DNA from: an uncultured delta proteobacterium | Lineage (GTDB): Bacteria > Desulfobacterota > Binatia > Binatales > Binataceae | Reading direction: 5' to 3' | NCBI GenBank assembly: GCA_963842085.1 | Contig: CAWJET010000002.1 | Coordinates: 640,001 to 704,000 of the forward strand | DNA: 64,000 nucleotides | Part shown: positions 18,015 to 29,183 of the stretch, piece by piece | Position numbering within the stretch: position 1 is the stretch's first letter | How the letters are laid out: each line of letters begins with the position of its first letter | Program-made: the position numbers and the translations under genes | Notes under the pieces: generated by a model | The model's input: only the letters and a program-made list of their open reading frames with translations | The model's database searches: none | What the model was told of the DNA's origin: nothing

Positions 18015-18596
18015 TCAAATCACCGCGCGCTTGCTGCTCGACGCAATTGGTTTTGGCCGCAGCGCCTTGACCACGCGCACGTAGTAGTCGACGCCCGACC
18101 ACACGCTCACCGCCATCGCGAGCCACAGGATGAACATCCCGGCAGCAAAAAAATCGACGTGTAGATGCGTGTAATGAATCAGCAGGCCGTGAATCGCGAT
18201 CGCCTGCAGCGCCATCTTGTACTTGCCGAGCTCCTCGGCACCGACGATTAACCCCTCGGCCGCCGCTACCGCGCGCAGTCCCGTCACCATTATTTCGCGC
18301 GTCACCAACACCACCACCATCCAGGCCGGCACATGCGGCACGCGCGCCATTCCGGCCAGCATGATCAGCGCGGCCGTGACGACCAGCTTGTCGGCCATCG
18401 GATCGAGAAACTTGCCGAGCGTGGTGACCGAGTCGTAGCTGCGCGCCAGGTAGCCGTCGAAAAAATCGCTGACCGTCGCGACGAAGAACACTCCCGCGGC
18501 CAGCCACGACGCAGCCGGTCCGGTATGCATCAGGATCCAGACCAGGACCGGTGCGGTCGCTATCCGAAACAGCGTGACAATGTTCGGCGGCGTCAT
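18015..18596 (-). CDS. pgsA: CDP-diacylglycerol--glycerol-3-phosphate 3-phosphatidyltransferase
   Basis: PN.VT.FR, DFFDGYLAR...T.LGKFLDPMADK, RE..VTGLR, GK.K. Confidence 0.93.
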   Translation of the reverse strand: MTPPNIVTLFRIATAPVLVWILMHTGPAASWLAAGVFFVATVSDFFDGYLARSYDSVTTLGKFLDPMADKLVVTAALIMLAGMARVPHVPAWMVVVLVTREIMVTGLRAVAAAEGLIVGAEELGKYKMALQAIAIHGLLIHYTHLHVDFFAAGMFILWLAMAVSVWSGVDYYVRVVKALRPKPIASSSKRAVI

Positions 18597-18797
18597 CGGC
18601 ACGGGCTTGCCTCTCAGCCTCTAGACGAATCTTGTACTTTTACGTTTCGATCCGCGCCATCAAGAATATTTGAATCGGCCAGAGGGGGCAAATCGCAGAC
18701 TCTCGATCGCCTTGACTGGCCGAGCGCAGACCGAGTAGCGTCATTTTGACACAACGAACGCGCCGCGATTCAAGCGCGGCGCGACCGAGGCCACCTG

Positions 18798-20429
18798 ATG
18801 AGGCATAACGCGCAACTGTTCAGCGACTTCCTGGTAATCGGCGGCGGCATCGCGGGCCTGACCTTCGCCCTCAAGGCATCCGAGAGCGGCACCGTCACCG
18901 TTCTCACCAAGGCCGGCAGCTCGGAAGCCAACACCGCGTACGCGCAGGGCGGCATCGCCAGCGTGTGGAGCGTCGACGACTCGTTCGAGTCGCATATCGA
19001 AGACACGCTCCGCGCCGGCGCCGGGCTGTGCGACCGCACCGCGGTCGAGACGATAGTTCGCGAGGGTCCCGAAGCGGTGCGCGAGCTGATCCGGCTCGGC
19101 ACGCGCTTCACCCGCGTCGAGACCGGCGCTACCGACGACAACGAAGTCGAGTACGATCTCGGCCGCGAAGGCGGGCATAGCCATCGCCGCGTGCTTCACG
19201 CGCAGGACCTGACGGGCCGCGAAATAATGCGCGCGCTGACCGAGGCCGCGGCCGCGCGGTCGAATATCCGCACGCTGGAAAATCACGTCGCGATCAATCT
19301 GCTGGTCGAGACTCCGAGCGCGGGCAAGCCCGGCGCGTGCTGGGGCGTCTATGCACTCGATCGCAACACTCACCAAATCCGCAAAGTGATCGCGCGCGCT
19401 ACGATGCTTGCGACGGGCGGCGCCGGCAAGGTCTATCTCTACACGACCAATCCCGATATCGCGTCGGGCGACGGCGTTGCGATGGCGTATCGGGCGGGTG
19501 CGGCGGTCGCCAACCTCGAGTTCTACCAATTCCATCCCACCTGCCTGTATCATCCCGCCGCCAAGTCGTTTCTGATTTCCGAGGCGCTGCGCGGTGAAGG
19601 CGCGATTCTGAAATTGCCCGATGGCACGCCGTTCATGAAGCGCTACCATCCGGACGGCGAGCTGGCGCCGCGCGACGTGGTTGCGCGCGCGATCGATTCC
19701 GAGATGAAACGTCACGGGCTGGACTTCGTGTACCTCGATTTGAGCCATCGCGACGCCGATTTCATCCGGCAGCGGTTCCCGAATATCTTCAAGCGATGCT
19801 TGAGCTTTGGCTATGACCTCACCAAGGGACCGATTCCGGTGGTGCCCGCGGCGCACTACATGTGCGGCGGCGTGCGGACCGATCTCGACGGACGCACCTC
19901 GATTCCGCGGCTGTACGCGGCCGGCGAAGTTGCGATGACCGGGCTGCACGGCGCCAACCGGCTCGCCTCGAACTCGCTGCTCGAGGCGGCCGTGATGGGC
20001 CGACGCGGGTTGGCGTCGGCGCGCGAAATCGTCGCGTCGGGCGGCGGCGCGCCGCCGGAGTTTCCCGAATGGGATCCCGGGCGCGCGATTCGCAGCGAGG
20101 AGCGCGTGATGATCACGCAGAGCTGGGACGAGATTCGCCGCCTGATGTGGAACTACGTCGGCATCGTGCGCAGCGACCGGCGCCTCGAGCGTGCGCTTCG
20201 CCGCATCCTGATGGTCAAGGACGAGATCCACAGCTACTACTGGGACCATCTGCTCGACGCCGACATGATCGAGTTGCGCAACCTGGCTAAGGTCGCCGAG
20301 CTGGTCGTTCGCTCCGCGATGAGCCGGCGCGAGTCGCGCGGCCTGCACTACAATATCGATCATCCCGAAACCGGCGGCCCCGAATGGGTGCATCCGACGG
20401 TGCTGCAGAAGCCAGTCGGTCAGATCTGA
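18798..20429 (+). CDS. nadB: L-aspartate oxidase
   Basis: GGGIAG, YAQGGIA, REGGHSHRR, QFHPT, LISEALRGEG, PAAHYMCGG, HGANRLASNSLLE, RESRGLHY. Confidence 0.96.
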   Translation: MRHNAQLFSDFLVIGGGIAGLTFALKASESGTVTVLTKAGSSEANTAYAQGGIASVWSVDDSFESHIEDTLRAGAGLCDRTAVETIVREGPEAVRELIRLGTRFTRVETGATDDNEVEYDLGREGGHSHRRVLHAQDLTGREIMRALTEAAAARSNIRTLENHVAINLLVETPSAGKPGACWGVYALDRNTHQIRKVIARATMLATGGAGKVYLYTTNPDIASGDGVAMAYRAGAAVANLEFYQFHPTCLYHPAAKSFLISEALRGEGAILKLPDGTPFMKRYHPDGELAPRDVVARAIDSEMKRHGLDFVYLDLSHRDADFIRQRFPNIFKRCLSFGYDLTKGPIPVVPAAHYMCGGVRTDLDGRTSIPRLYAAGEVAMTGLHGANRLASNSLLEAAVMGRRGLASAREIVASGGGAPPEFPEWDPGRAIRSEERVMITQSWDEIRRLMWNYVGIVRSDRRLERALRRILMVKDEIHSYYWDHLLDADMIELRNLAKVAELVVRSAMSRRESRGLHYNIDHPETGGPEWVHPTVLQKPVGQI

Positions 20430-20434
20430 AAATT

Positions 20435-21028
20435 ATGCAACCGAAGGAAGTGAAGATGTACTCGGACTACAAGAGTCCGTTCGCTTACCTCGCTTTCGAT
20501 CCCGCCTTCGCGCTCCAACGGCGATTTCGAATTCGGCTGCGATGGATTCCGTTCCAGCTTCGCATCAAGGGCAAAGGCGAGCGCAGTCTCTACTCCGAAT
20601 ACAAAGCGCGCTACTCGTATCTCGACGCGCGCCGATGGGCCAAGCCGCGCGGCCTCGTGATTCGCGGGCCGCTGAAAGTTTACGACACGACGCCCGCGCT
20701 GATCGGCGGCCTGTTCGCGGAACAGCACCGCCGCCTGCTCGACTACAGCCGTCGCGTGTACGAACTATTCTTCAAACGCGAACTGGAGGCCGACCAACCC
20801 GACGCCGTCGCAAGCGTAATCGCAAGCCTCGGCATGTCTGCCGGCGACTATCGCAAATTTCTGTCAGGCGATGGCGCCCTAGCCTATCAGCGCGCCCAGG
20901 ACGAAGCCGCCGCCGATCACGTCTTCGGAGTGCCGCTCCTCATCTTCGAAGGCGAACCCTTCTGGGGCCACGACCGCATTCCCGTACTGGAGGAGCGCCT
21001 CACCGAGGCAGGACTGGCTATCGATTAA
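20435..21028 (+). CDS. DsbA-family 2-hydroxychromene-2-carboxylate isomerase / GST kappa-like
   Basis: DYKSPFAYLA, VFGVP...GEPFWGHDR. Confidence 0.88.
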   Translation: MQPKEVKMYSDYKSPFAYLAFDPAFALQRRFRIRLRWIPFQLRIKGKGERSLYSEYKARYSYLDARRWAKPRGLVIRGPLKVYDTTPALIGGLFAEQHRRLLDYSRRVYELFFKRELEADQPDAVASVIASLGMSAGDYRKFLSGDGALAYQRAQDEAAADHVFGVPLLIFEGEPFWGHDRIPVLEERLTEAGLAID

Positions 21029-21036
21029 ACTACGCC

Positions 21037-21166
21037 ACCGGCGCGGGCTGGCGCGCCGGATTCGGCTCGTACGAGAATGCGAGCTTGTCGCCATCGAGGT
21101 CTGCGGTCGCCTTGCCGCCCTTCGTCAGCTTGCCAAAGAGCACCTGGTCGGCGAGCTCGCGCGCGA
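21037..21166 (-). repeat. 130-bp direct repeat duplicating the clpA 3' end (copy of 21797-21926)
   Basis: 4 mismatches in 130 bp, all synonymous in the ClpA frame; encodes [42 protein letters not shown]. Confidence 0.95.
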
Positions 21167-21261
21167 ACGTAACGGCCTGGGCCATCTGCGCCCCGGGGAC
21201 CGCGACCGGGCCGTAATTGCGTGGCGATCGCTTAGGCGACTGGTGCGGGCCAGGGCACAGT

Positions 21262-21492
21262 TCACTCGCGAAGGAGGTGTTCGAATTCTTCGGGCGCAAG
21301 ATCAATTTCGCGCAAGATTTCGCGAACTAAAGGACGCGCAAGGTCGCGCCCACCGTAGTGGGGAACGGTGGTGGTTCGGCCGTCCGGATGCCGGTAAAAC
21401 ACGTGACTGCCCTTTTGCCGCACGGCGGCAAAGCCCAATCTTCGCAAAACCAGCTCCATCGTCCGGGCGCCGACGATGGGAAGTTTGCTCAC
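21262..21492 (-). CDS. hicA: HicA-family toxin (dsRBD-fold mRNase)
   Basis: LGF...RQKGSH..Y.HPDGR.TTVP.H-like motif, 76 aa; start overlaps the hicB stop. Confidence 0.92.
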   Translation of the reverse strand: MSKLPIVGARTMELVLRRLGFAAVRQKGSHVFYRHPDGRTTTVPHYGGRDLARPLVREILREIDLAPEEFEHLLRE

Positions 21493-21716
21493 GCACCGAC
21501 CACGATCTGCTGGATCCCGACGAAGGGCTCGACCTCAAGCGGTTCTCCGCGCGCGGCCTTCTCTTCGATAATCAGTTCGATGACCTCGCGGAGATTCTTC
21601 CGCAACTCATCCAACGTGGCCCCCTGGCTGTGAGCGCCGCTCAGCCCCGGAATCGTACCCACGTACAATTTCGCAACAGGGTCAAATTCGACGTAAGCTG
21701 TGAATGTGCGTTCCAC
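21489..21716 (-). CDS. hicB: HicB-family antitoxin (short, no DNA-binding domain)
   Basis: YVGTIPGLSGAHSQGATLDEL..NLREVIEL; GTG start at 21716 after GAGGAGG. Confidence 0.9.
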   Translation of the reverse strand: MERTFTAYVEFDPVAKLYVGTIPGLSGAHSQGATLDELRKNLREVIELIIEEKAARGEPLEVEPFVGIQQIVVGA

Positions 21717-21789
21717 GAGGTTGGTCCTCCTCATCCGTCTGACGCTCAGCTTACACTCTTCGACTGAGGGCCGCACGCACGGTTGACGA

Positions 21790-24132
21790 TCACCCAACCG
21801 GGGCGGGCTGGCGTGCCGGATTCGGCTCGTACGAGAACGCGAGCTTGTCGCCGTCGAGGTCTGCGGTCGCCTTGCCGCCCTTCGTCAGCTTGCCAAAGAG
21901 CACCTGGTCGGCGAGCTCGCGCGCGATCTCGTTTTCGATCAAGCGCCCGAGTGGACGCGCGCCGAAGCGGGGATCGTGACCGTGTTCCGCCAGCCATTTC
22001 TTCGCCGTCGGTGTCACCGTCAGCGTGACCTTCTGCTTGTCGAGTCGTTCCTGTAGTTCCGCGATAAACTTGTCCACCACGCGTTCCATCGTCGCCGGAC
22101 TGAGCGGCGCAAACTCGATCGTCGCCGACAAGCGGTTGCGAAACTCTGGCGCGAACATCCGCTCGAGCACGCCTTTGGGATTTCCCTGGCCGACTCCCCC
22201 GTGGAAGCCGATCATCGCGCGCGACAGTTCCTGCGCGCCGGCGTTGGTGGTCATCACGAGGATCACATTGCGAAAATCCGCCTTGCGCCCGTTGTTGTCG
22301 GTGAGGGTCGCGTGATCCATCACCTGCAACAGGATGTTGAACAAATCGGGATGCGCCTTTTCGATTTCGTCCAGCAGCAGCACGCAATGCGGCGTCTTGT
22401 TGATCGCGTCGGTTAGCAGTCCTCCCTGATCGAAGCCGACGTACCCCGGCGGCGCGCCAATCAGCCGCGAAACCGTGTGCCGCTCCATGTACTCGCTCAT
22501 GTCGAAGCGGAGGAACTCGACGCCCATCACTTTCGCGAGCTGACGCGCGACTTCCGTCTTGCCGACGCCCGTCGGACCGGCGAATAGAAACGCGCCGACC
22601 GGCTTGTCGGGATGGCTCAAGCCCGAGCGCGCGAGCTTGATCGCGCGCGCGACCGAGTTGATCGCCTCGTCCTGGCCGAACACCGCCTGCTTCATGTCCT
22701 CGTCGAGCGTCTGCAGACGCCCGCGATCGGTCGCCGACACGGTCCGCTCCGGAATCTTCGCCATCCGCGCGACCGTGCGCTCGACGTCGCGCGTGCCGAC
22801 CGTCACCGGCTCTGTCGTGCCCGCGCCGCGCAAATGCCCCGCGACTCCAGCCTCGTCCATCACGTCAATCGCCTTGTCGGGGAGAAACCGGTCGTTGACG
22901 TATCGCGCGGACAGCTCGACCGCCGACTTGATCGCCGAACTCGTGTAGCGGACGTTGTGATGCTTCTCGTAGTACGACTTGATGCCGTTGAGAATCTGCA
23001 CCGCCTCGTCCTGCGTCGGCTCGACCACGTCGATTCGCTGGAAGCGCCGCGCCAGCGCCTTGTCCTTGTCGAAGGAGCGCTTGTATTCCTGGTAGGTCGT
23101 CGAGCCGATACATCGCAGGTCGCCCGATGCGAGCGCGGGCTTCAGCAGGTTCGACGCATCCATCGTCCCGCCCGACGCGGCGCCCGCTCCGACGATAGTG
23201 TGTATCTCGTCGATGAACAGAATCCGCTTCGAGTCGCCGACTACCGCCTTGATGACCGCCTTCAGCCGCTGCTCGAAGTCGCCGCGAAAGCGCGTGCCCG
23301 CCAGCAGCGCGCCCATATCGAGGGCGTAAATCTCGACGCCCTTCAGCGCGTCGGGCACGTCGCCCTTATGGATTGCCAGCGCGAGTCCCTCGGCCAGCGC
23401 CGTCTTGCCGACTCCGGCCTCGCCGACGAACACGGGATTGTTCTTGCGCCGGCGCAGTAGCACGTGCACCGCGCGCTCGAGTTCTTTCTTGCGGCCGACG
23501 AGCGGATCGATTTTCCCGTCCGCCGCGCGCTTGGCCAGGTTGATCGCGTAAGTATTGAGCGCTTTCGACGGCGACATCTTGCGCTCGCCTTCTTCATCGC
23601 CGCCTTCATGCTCATGTGCGTCGCGCTCGATCGAGTCCTTGTCGGACTCCTCGCCATCCTCGTCGTCTTCGGCACCCGCCTTCGAAACTCCGTGCGAAAT
23701 AAAGTTGATCACGTCGAAGCGCGTGACGCCCTGCTCCTGCAGAAAGAAAATCGCCGGCGATTCGGTTTCGTGGAACATCGCGACCAGCACGTTGCCGCCG
23801 GTGATTTCCTGGCGCCCCGCCGATTGCACGTGCAACGCCGCGCGCTGCAACGCGCGCTGAACTCCGATCGCATAGCGCGGCGACACTTCCTCGCCCTTGG
23901 GCATACGCTCGACCTGCTCGTCGAGGTAGTGCGCCAGCTTGCGGCGCAACGCATCCAGATCGGCGCCGCAATTTTTCAGTATCGTGGTTGTTGTCACGTC
24001 ATGCAGCATCGCGAACAGCAAATGCTCCAGACATACGAACTCATGACGCCGGTTGACGGCTTCGGTCATCGCGAGTTGCAGGGTTACCTGCAGTTCGCGG
24101 CTGATCATGATGTTGTTATTCGATGACGCCAT
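21790..24132 (-). CDS. clpA: ATP-dependent Clp protease ATP-binding subunit ClpA
   Basis: Clp-N domain ([12 protein letters not shown]), two AAA+ modules ([16 protein letters not shown]), IGF loop, no M domain, downstream of clpS. Confidence 0.96.
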   Translation of the reverse strand: MASSNNNIMISRELQVTLQLAMTEAVNRRHEFVCLEHLLFAMLHDVTTTTILKNCGADLDALRRKLAHYLDEQVERMPKGEEVSPRYAIGVQRALQRAALHVQSAGRQEITGGNVLVAMFHETESPAIFFLQEQGVTRFDVINFISHGVSKAGAEDDEDGEESDKDSIERDAHEHEGGDEEGERKMSPSKALNTYAINLAKRAADGKIDPLVGRKKELERAVHVLLRRRKNNPVFVGEAGVGKTALAEGLALAIHKGDVPDALKGVEIYALDMGALLAGTRFRGDFEQRLKAVIKAVVGDSKRILFIDEIHTIVGAGAASGGTMDASNLLKPALASGDLRCIGSTTYQEYKRSFDKDKALARRFQRIDVVEPTQDEAVQILNGIKSYYEKHHNVRYTSSAIKSAVELSARYVNDRFLPDKAIDVMDEAGVAGHLRGAGTTEPVTVGTRDVERTVARMAKIPERTVSATDRGRLQTLDEDMKQAVFGQDEAINSVARAIKLARSGLSHPDKPVGAFLFAGPTGVGKTEVARQLAKVMGVEFLRFDMSEYMERHTVSRLIGAPPGYVGFDQGGLLTDAINKTPHCVLLLDEIEKAHPDLFNILLQVMDHATLTDNNGRKADFRNVILVMTTNAGAQELSRAMIGFHGGVGQGNPKGVLERMFAPEFRNRLSATIEFAPLSPATMERVVDKFIAELQERLDKQKVTLTVTPTAKKWLAEHGHDPRFGARPLGRLIENEIARELADQVLFGKLTKGGKATADLDGDKLAFSYEPNPARQPAPVG

Positions 24133-24148
24133 CGATGCTACTGCCTGC

Positions 24149-24523
24149 TTACTCCTTTTCCATTACGCATTTGAGCGGATACTCGGCCTGCCGCGCGAGT
24201 TCCTCGACGGTATGCGTCTTGGTCTCCGCGACTTCGAACGGATACACGCCCGCGACGCCCATCCCGTTCTGATGCACGTGCAGCATGATTCGCGTCGCGT
24301 CGGCATGCGGCTTGTGAAACACCGCTTTCAAAACCTCGACCACGAACTCCATCGGCGTGTAATCGTCGTTGAGCAAAATAACCTTGTAGAGAGGCGGTTT
24401 GGCGGTCTTCGATTTGGTGCGGGTCTTACGCTCGGTAACGATATCGCCATCGCCGGAACGGCCGTCGCCATTGCCGTCGCCGTCGGTGATTCGCGCCGAA
24501 ATTTTGCGCACGAAATCCGCCAT
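24149..24523 (-). CDS. clpS: ATP-dependent Clp protease adaptor ClpS
   Basis: [20 protein letters not shown]...MLHVH..G.GVAG.Y. Confidence 0.97.
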   Translation of the reverse strand: MADFVRKISARITDGDGNGDGRSGDGDIVTERKTRTKSKTAKPPLYKVILLNDDYTPMEFVVEVLKAVFHKPHADATRIMLHVHQNGMGVAGVYPFEVAETKTHTVEELARQAEYPLKCVMEKE

Positions 24524-24581
24524 TGAACCTCTGTCGCTCGGAGCGCATCGCTCCGTCTGATAAATATAATAACAAATTCGA

Positions 24582-24601
24582 GCATGCCTAGTGAGGCATG
24601 C
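24582..24601. promoter_or_regulatory. Perfect palindrome GCATGCCT-N4-AGGCATGC in the divergent clpS/GNAT promoter region
   Basis: Seen directly, next to an AT-rich stretch (taaatataataac). Confidence 0.35.
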
Positions 24602-24694
24602 GGAAAATCGGTTCGGTTGCGATAACTCTGATATTTTGACTTTTCACTGCTGTAATTTGCGCGAGCGAAGGGAGTGAAAAATTGAAGCTTTGCC

Positions 24695-25885
24695 GTGAAT
24701 GATTCCGCGCCAAGACTCGAAGTTGCCGTCGTCGAGGGAATCGACAAAATTCCCCGCGACGCGTGGGATGCCCTGCTCACCCCTGACGACTCCCCGTTCG
24801 TCGAATGGGACTGGCTGCGCGCGATGGAGCATTCCGGCTCGGCCGCGCGCAGCACCGGATGGGCCCCGTATCATCTCGTGGTCCGAGAGGCGCGCCAAAA
24901 GCGAATCGTCGCCGCAGCCCCGCTCTACTTGAAGACGCACAGCATGGGCGAGTTCGTATTCGACCATGGATGGGCCGACGCGGCCGAGCGCGCTGGAATC
25001 CGCTACTTTCCCAAGATTCTGGTCGGCGTGCCGTTCACGCCGCACACGGGACGCCGATTCCTTACCGCGCCAGGCTTCGATCGGGCCGGGCTCATCAATC
25101 TGCTCGGCCTCGCGCTCACGTCGATCTGCGAGGACAACAAGCTGTCCTCGGTGCACGTCAATTTTTGCGAGCCCGACGAGGCCGCCGCGCTCGCGCCGAT
25201 CGGATTCATGGAGCGGCTCGGCTACCAGTACCATTGGCATAACGCGGGCTTCGCGACCTTCGACGACTACTTGAGCCGCCTTAAGCATAAGCGTCGCACG
25301 GCAGTCCGCCACGAACGCGCCGCGATGGACAACCAGGGCGTCCACATCCGCGTGATTGCGGGCGACGAAATTCCCGACCGGATATTCGCCGAGATGTACC
25401 GAATCTATTGCTCGACGATCGAGAAGCTCTACTGGGGCCGTCAGTATCTCACCGAGGAATTTTTCGACCTCATCCGCAAATCTTTCAAACGAAACATGGT
25501 TTTCATCGGCGCATACGCGGGACGCGAGCTGATCGCCGGGGCGGTCAACCTGGCCAAAGCAAACGTGATGTACGGCCGTTACTGGGGATGCTTCCGGGAG
25601 GTCCGCTTCCTGCACTTCAACGTCTGCTACTACGCCGGCATCGAGCACTCGATCCTGAACGGCATTCAGCGTTACGAGCCCGGCGCCGGCGGCGAATACA
25701 AATGGCTGCGCGGCTTCGATCCCGCACTCACGCGCAGCATCCACTACGTCTCCAATCCCGATCTCAAACGAGCCATCGCAGGATTCCTCAAGCGCGAGCG
25801 CCACGAAGTCCAGCGATGGATCGTCGCCGGCAAAGAGCGCAGCCAACTGAAGCCGCCGCCCCCCTCAGACCAGGAATCGGAGTAA
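24695..25885 (+). CDS. FemAB-like GNAT protein (DUF482 family)
   Basis: PLYLKTHSMGEFVFDHGWA, YFPK..VGVPFTP.TG.R, YGRYWG, LHFNVCYY, GAGGEYK..RGF.P. Confidence 0.92.
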   Translation: MNDSAPRLEVAVVEGIDKIPRDAWDALLTPDDSPFVEWDWLRAMEHSGSAARSTGWAPYHLVVREARQKRIVAAAPLYLKTHSMGEFVFDHGWADAAERAGIRYFPKILVGVPFTPHTGRRFLTAPGFDRAGLINLLGLALTSICEDNKLSSVHVNFCEPDEAAALAPIGFMERLGYQYHWHNAGFATFDDYLSRLKHKRRTAVRHERAAMDNQGVHIRVIAGDEIPDRIFAEMYRIYCSTIEKLYWGRQYLTEEFFDLIRKSFKRNMVFIGAYAGRELIAGAVNLAKANVMYGRYWGCFREVRFLHFNVCYYAGIEHSILNGIQRYEPGAGGEYKWLRGFDPALTRSIHYVSNPDLKRAIAGFLKRERHEVQRWIVAGKERSQLKPPPPSDQESE

Positions 25886-25898
25886 CGCGGGCGCAAGC

Positions 25899-27146
25899 CT
25901 AGCGGCGGGCACCGTCGCTTTCAGTGAAGGTCAATTGCCGCGGATCGCCATCAATCGGATTCAGTTCAGGTATGTCTCTCTTGCCGCCGACGCCGAGTTC
26001 TTTGAACCGCCGCGCGGCCGGGAGCACCATCCGTTCCAGCGAACCGATAACTCTGTTGTATGAACCAACGGCGTGGTGAAGATCGCCGCCAATATCTGCA
26101 ATGTGTTCCGCCATAGTGGCCATGCGTTCGTACAAGTCTTTGCCGAGGTTGGCGATGTGCTGCGCGTTCTCCGCAATCTGTTCCTGACGCCATCCATAGG
26201 CCACCGCACGCAGCAGCGCGATCAGAGTAGTCGGCGTGGCGAGGATCACGCGCTGGCTCACTCCCTGCTCAATCAAGGATGGATCCTGTTCGAGGGCGGC
26301 ACTGAAGAAAGCCTCGCCGGGGAGGAACATCACGACGAATTCAGGCGTCGGCTGCAGGTGCTCCCAATAATTTTTCGCACTCAGCTTGGCCATATGATCG
26401 CGCACCTGCCGCGCGTGCTCCTTGAGCTTCGCGATTCGCAACTCTTCGGTGGGCGCCTCCAGGGCTTCGAGATACGCTTGCAGCGGCGCCTTCGCGTCGA
26501 CCACGATAGTCTTGCCGCCGGGCAAGAGGACGCGCATGTCGGGCCGCAGTTTTCCATTGTCGGTGTTGACGGTCTCCTGTTCAGAGAAGTCGCATCGCTC
26601 GACCATTCCTGCCAACTCTACGACGCGCTTAAGCTGAACTTCGCCCCATCGCCCGCGCACGATCGGCGCGCGCAGCGCCTTCACCAGGTTTCCCGTTTCC
26701 GCCCGGAGCAGATCCTGCGTCGAAATTAGCGACTTCACCTGCTCGGTCAGCGTTCCATAAGCGCTACTCCGATCGTTTTCCATCGAACGGATTTGCTTTG
26801 TCATTTCCGCCAGCGAATCGCCCAGCGGCTTGACCAGCGTTTCGATTTCCTGCTTGCGTGCCTGGAGTTCGCCGGCCGCCTCGCTCCTGACGGTGCCGAG
26901 TCTTTCGGTGGCGAGCGCCAGGAATCCGTCGTTGTTCTGATTCAGCGCGTCGGCTGCGAGCGCTCGGAAGGTGTCGGATAGCTGATGCGTGGCTTGGTCG
27001 AGGAGAGCTTTCTCGTCGGCGAGGCGCTTTTCGGTTTCTTCGAGCCGGATCTTGAGGCCGGTCGTACTCCCCTGCGCCAACAACCATCCGATTGCAATCC
27101 CGAGGAGAGCACCTACTCCAACTGCCGCAACCAATTCCATCACCAT
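25899..27146 (-). CDS. rmuC: DNA recombination protein RmuC
   Basis: N-terminal TM, coiled coil, [12 protein letters not shown]...[29 protein letters not shown]. Confidence 0.95.
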   Translation of the reverse strand: MVMELVAAVGVGALLGIAIGWLLAQGSTTGLKIRLEETEKRLADEKALLDQATHQLSDTFRALAADALNQNNDGFLALATERLGTVRSEAAGELQARKQEIETLVKPLGDSLAEMTKQIRSMENDRSSAYGTLTEQVKSLISTQDLLRAETGNLVKALRAPIVRGRWGEVQLKRVVELAGMVERCDFSEQETVNTDNGKLRPDMRVLLPGGKTIVVDAKAPLQAYLEALEAPTEELRIAKLKEHARQVRDHMAKLSAKNYWEHLQPTPEFVVMFLPGEAFFSAALEQDPSLIEQGVSQRVILATPTTLIALLRAVAYGWRQEQIAENAQHIANLGKDLYERMATMAEHIADIGGDLHHAVGSYNRVIGSLERMVLPAARRFKELGVGGKRDIPELNPIDGDPRQLTFTESDGARR

Positions 27147-27307
27147 CCGTCACCTCCCTTGGCTCCACTTCCAGCAGAGATTGTATTCCCCAAATGCATA
27201 AGCGTCTATTCGACTATGCACAGCTTAACTCCCTGCGGTGACAACGGTTGTCGCGATGCACCTGTTCGCCGCGCCTGCTATCGTGACGTGGCAACGGGGC
27301 CGACGTC

Positions 27308-28561
27308 TTGAAAGACCTGCTCACCAAAGGCTCGATTCCAATTCTGCTCGGCACCGGCGGCGTCGGTAAGACCACCGTCGCCGCCGCGCTCGCCCTTGCC
27401 GGCGCATCCGCGGGTCTCAACACCGCAGTGATTACCGTCGATCCTGCCGAGCGCCTGCGCGACGCGCTCGGCCTGGCGCGCCTGGGCGGACAGCCGACCC
27501 GAATCGGCGCGCGCCAGCTCGCCACCGCCGGACTCGACGCGCACCTTCAGCTCTCGGCCATGATGCTCGACGTGACCGGGGCCTGGGACGCCATCGTCGA
27601 GCGCTTCGTCGCCGACCCGGTGATGCGCCGCCGAATTTTCGACAATCCATTCTACAAAAGCCTGACCGCCGAGTTCGCCGGGTCCGAGGCTTTCGCCGCG
27701 CTCCAGCGACTTTACGATCTTCATCAGACACACGCCTTCGAGCTCGAAGTCGTGGACACTCCGCCCGCCTCGCACTCGTTCGAGTTCCTGCAGACGCCCG
27801 CGCGGCTGATTCGGCTGCTCGATTCGCGGACCGCGCGATGGCTTTTCACCCCGTCGCTGTCGGCCGGGCGGATTGCGATGAAGGTCGCGAGCGAGGCCGC
27901 GCGCTTTGTGCTGCGCGAATTGGAGCGCTTTGCCGGCGGCAACGTGCTTTCGACTATCGCGGATTTTTTCGCGGCCGCCGCCGACAGCATGGACGCGATC
28001 GTCGATCGCCTGCACAAAACCCAGGCGCTGCTGCATTCGCCTGCCGTGCGGTTCGTGATGGTTACGACGGCGGAACCCGACCGCATCCTGCAAGCGCGCG
28101 AGCTGCTTGCGCAGATGGGCGCCGAGGGACTTAAGCTCGCCGCAATCGTCGTCAATCGCTTCCTCGACGAGCGTACTTTTCTCGAAACCGCGCGCGTGGC
28201 GCGGGAATCGTCGGCGGTCGCGGATTCCGCAGGGCGTCCGCTGAGTCATCTTGCGGAAATTTCGGAGTTGCGATCGTCGCTCGCTAGAGATGGCGCCGAC
28301 GCCAATGGCTTAGGCCGCCTGGTCCGTCACTTCGAGGAGTATCGCGACCGCACGCTTGACGAGATCGAACGGGTTGCCAGGTTCGCGCGTGAACTACCGC
28401 CCGGCGTCAAGCTCGCGATCGCACCGGAAATCGAAGGCGGGGTGCGCGACCTGGCCGCACTCTCGAGAGTCTCGCGTTATCTGATCTCAGGCACCACCAT
28501 CCTTAAGCCGCTGGCGTCAGCTGCGCGCGTCGTGGCGATTGCGAGCAGGCCTAACCCCTAA
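27308..28561 (+). CDS. ArsA/Get3-family P-loop ATPase (subunit B-like)
   Basis: GTGGVGKTT, ITVDPA.RL.DALG, NPFY, VVDTPP, FL..P.RL. Confidence 0.85.
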   Translation: MKDLLTKGSIPILLGTGGVGKTTVAAALALAGASAGLNTAVITVDPAERLRDALGLARLGGQPTRIGARQLATAGLDAHLQLSAMMLDVTGAWDAIVERFVADPVMRRRIFDNPFYKSLTAEFAGSEAFAALQRLYDLHQTHAFELEVVDTPPASHSFEFLQTPARLIRLLDSRTARWLFTPSLSAGRIAMKVASEAARFVLRELERFAGGNVLSTIADFFAAAADSMDAIVDRLHKTQALLHSPAVRFVMVTTAEPDRILQARELLAQMGAEGLKLAAIVVNRFLDERTFLETARVARESSAVADSAGRPLSHLAEISELRSSLARDGADANGLGRLVRHFEEYRDRTLDEIERVARFARELPPGVKLAIAPEIEGGVRDLAALSRVSRYLISGTTILKPLASAARVVAIASRPNP

Positions 28562-28650
28562 CCCTTTCACATGTGGTAAGGGGAACAATCGTAGGAACGG
28601 GGAATGCGCTGCAGAACCCTCACCTAACCTCTCCTGTCTTGGACGAGCGA
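28550..28650. repeat. Cluster of CCTAACCCCT/CCCTCACC-type palindromic repeats
   Basis: cctaacccctaaccctttcacatgtggtaagggg (inverse of 6863-6896) and ccctcacctaacctctcc (similar to 60551). Confidence 0.5.
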
Positions 28651-28721
28651 TCGGCGGCCGGCTGTTTTACCGACGCCCGCAGCCTGGACTACGCCGGCAA
28701 ATTGCACGTCCCCTGAAAATA

Positions 28722-29064
<343 letters not shown>

Positions 29065-29183
29065 CGCGATCAGAGTAGCATCTTTTCGGGTCCCGCTCCG
29101 CCATCTCCGCTGGTGACACAATTTGTATTCGGGCGTAATTCTGAAATGTTCGACACTCGAAATCTCTCTTATGGAGACGAATC

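Noticed and set aside
21030-21305. 91-aa ORF ending in the ClpA C-terminus
   Set aside because: A by-product of the duplicated clpA tail; its N-terminal half overlaps hicA and is not protein-like.
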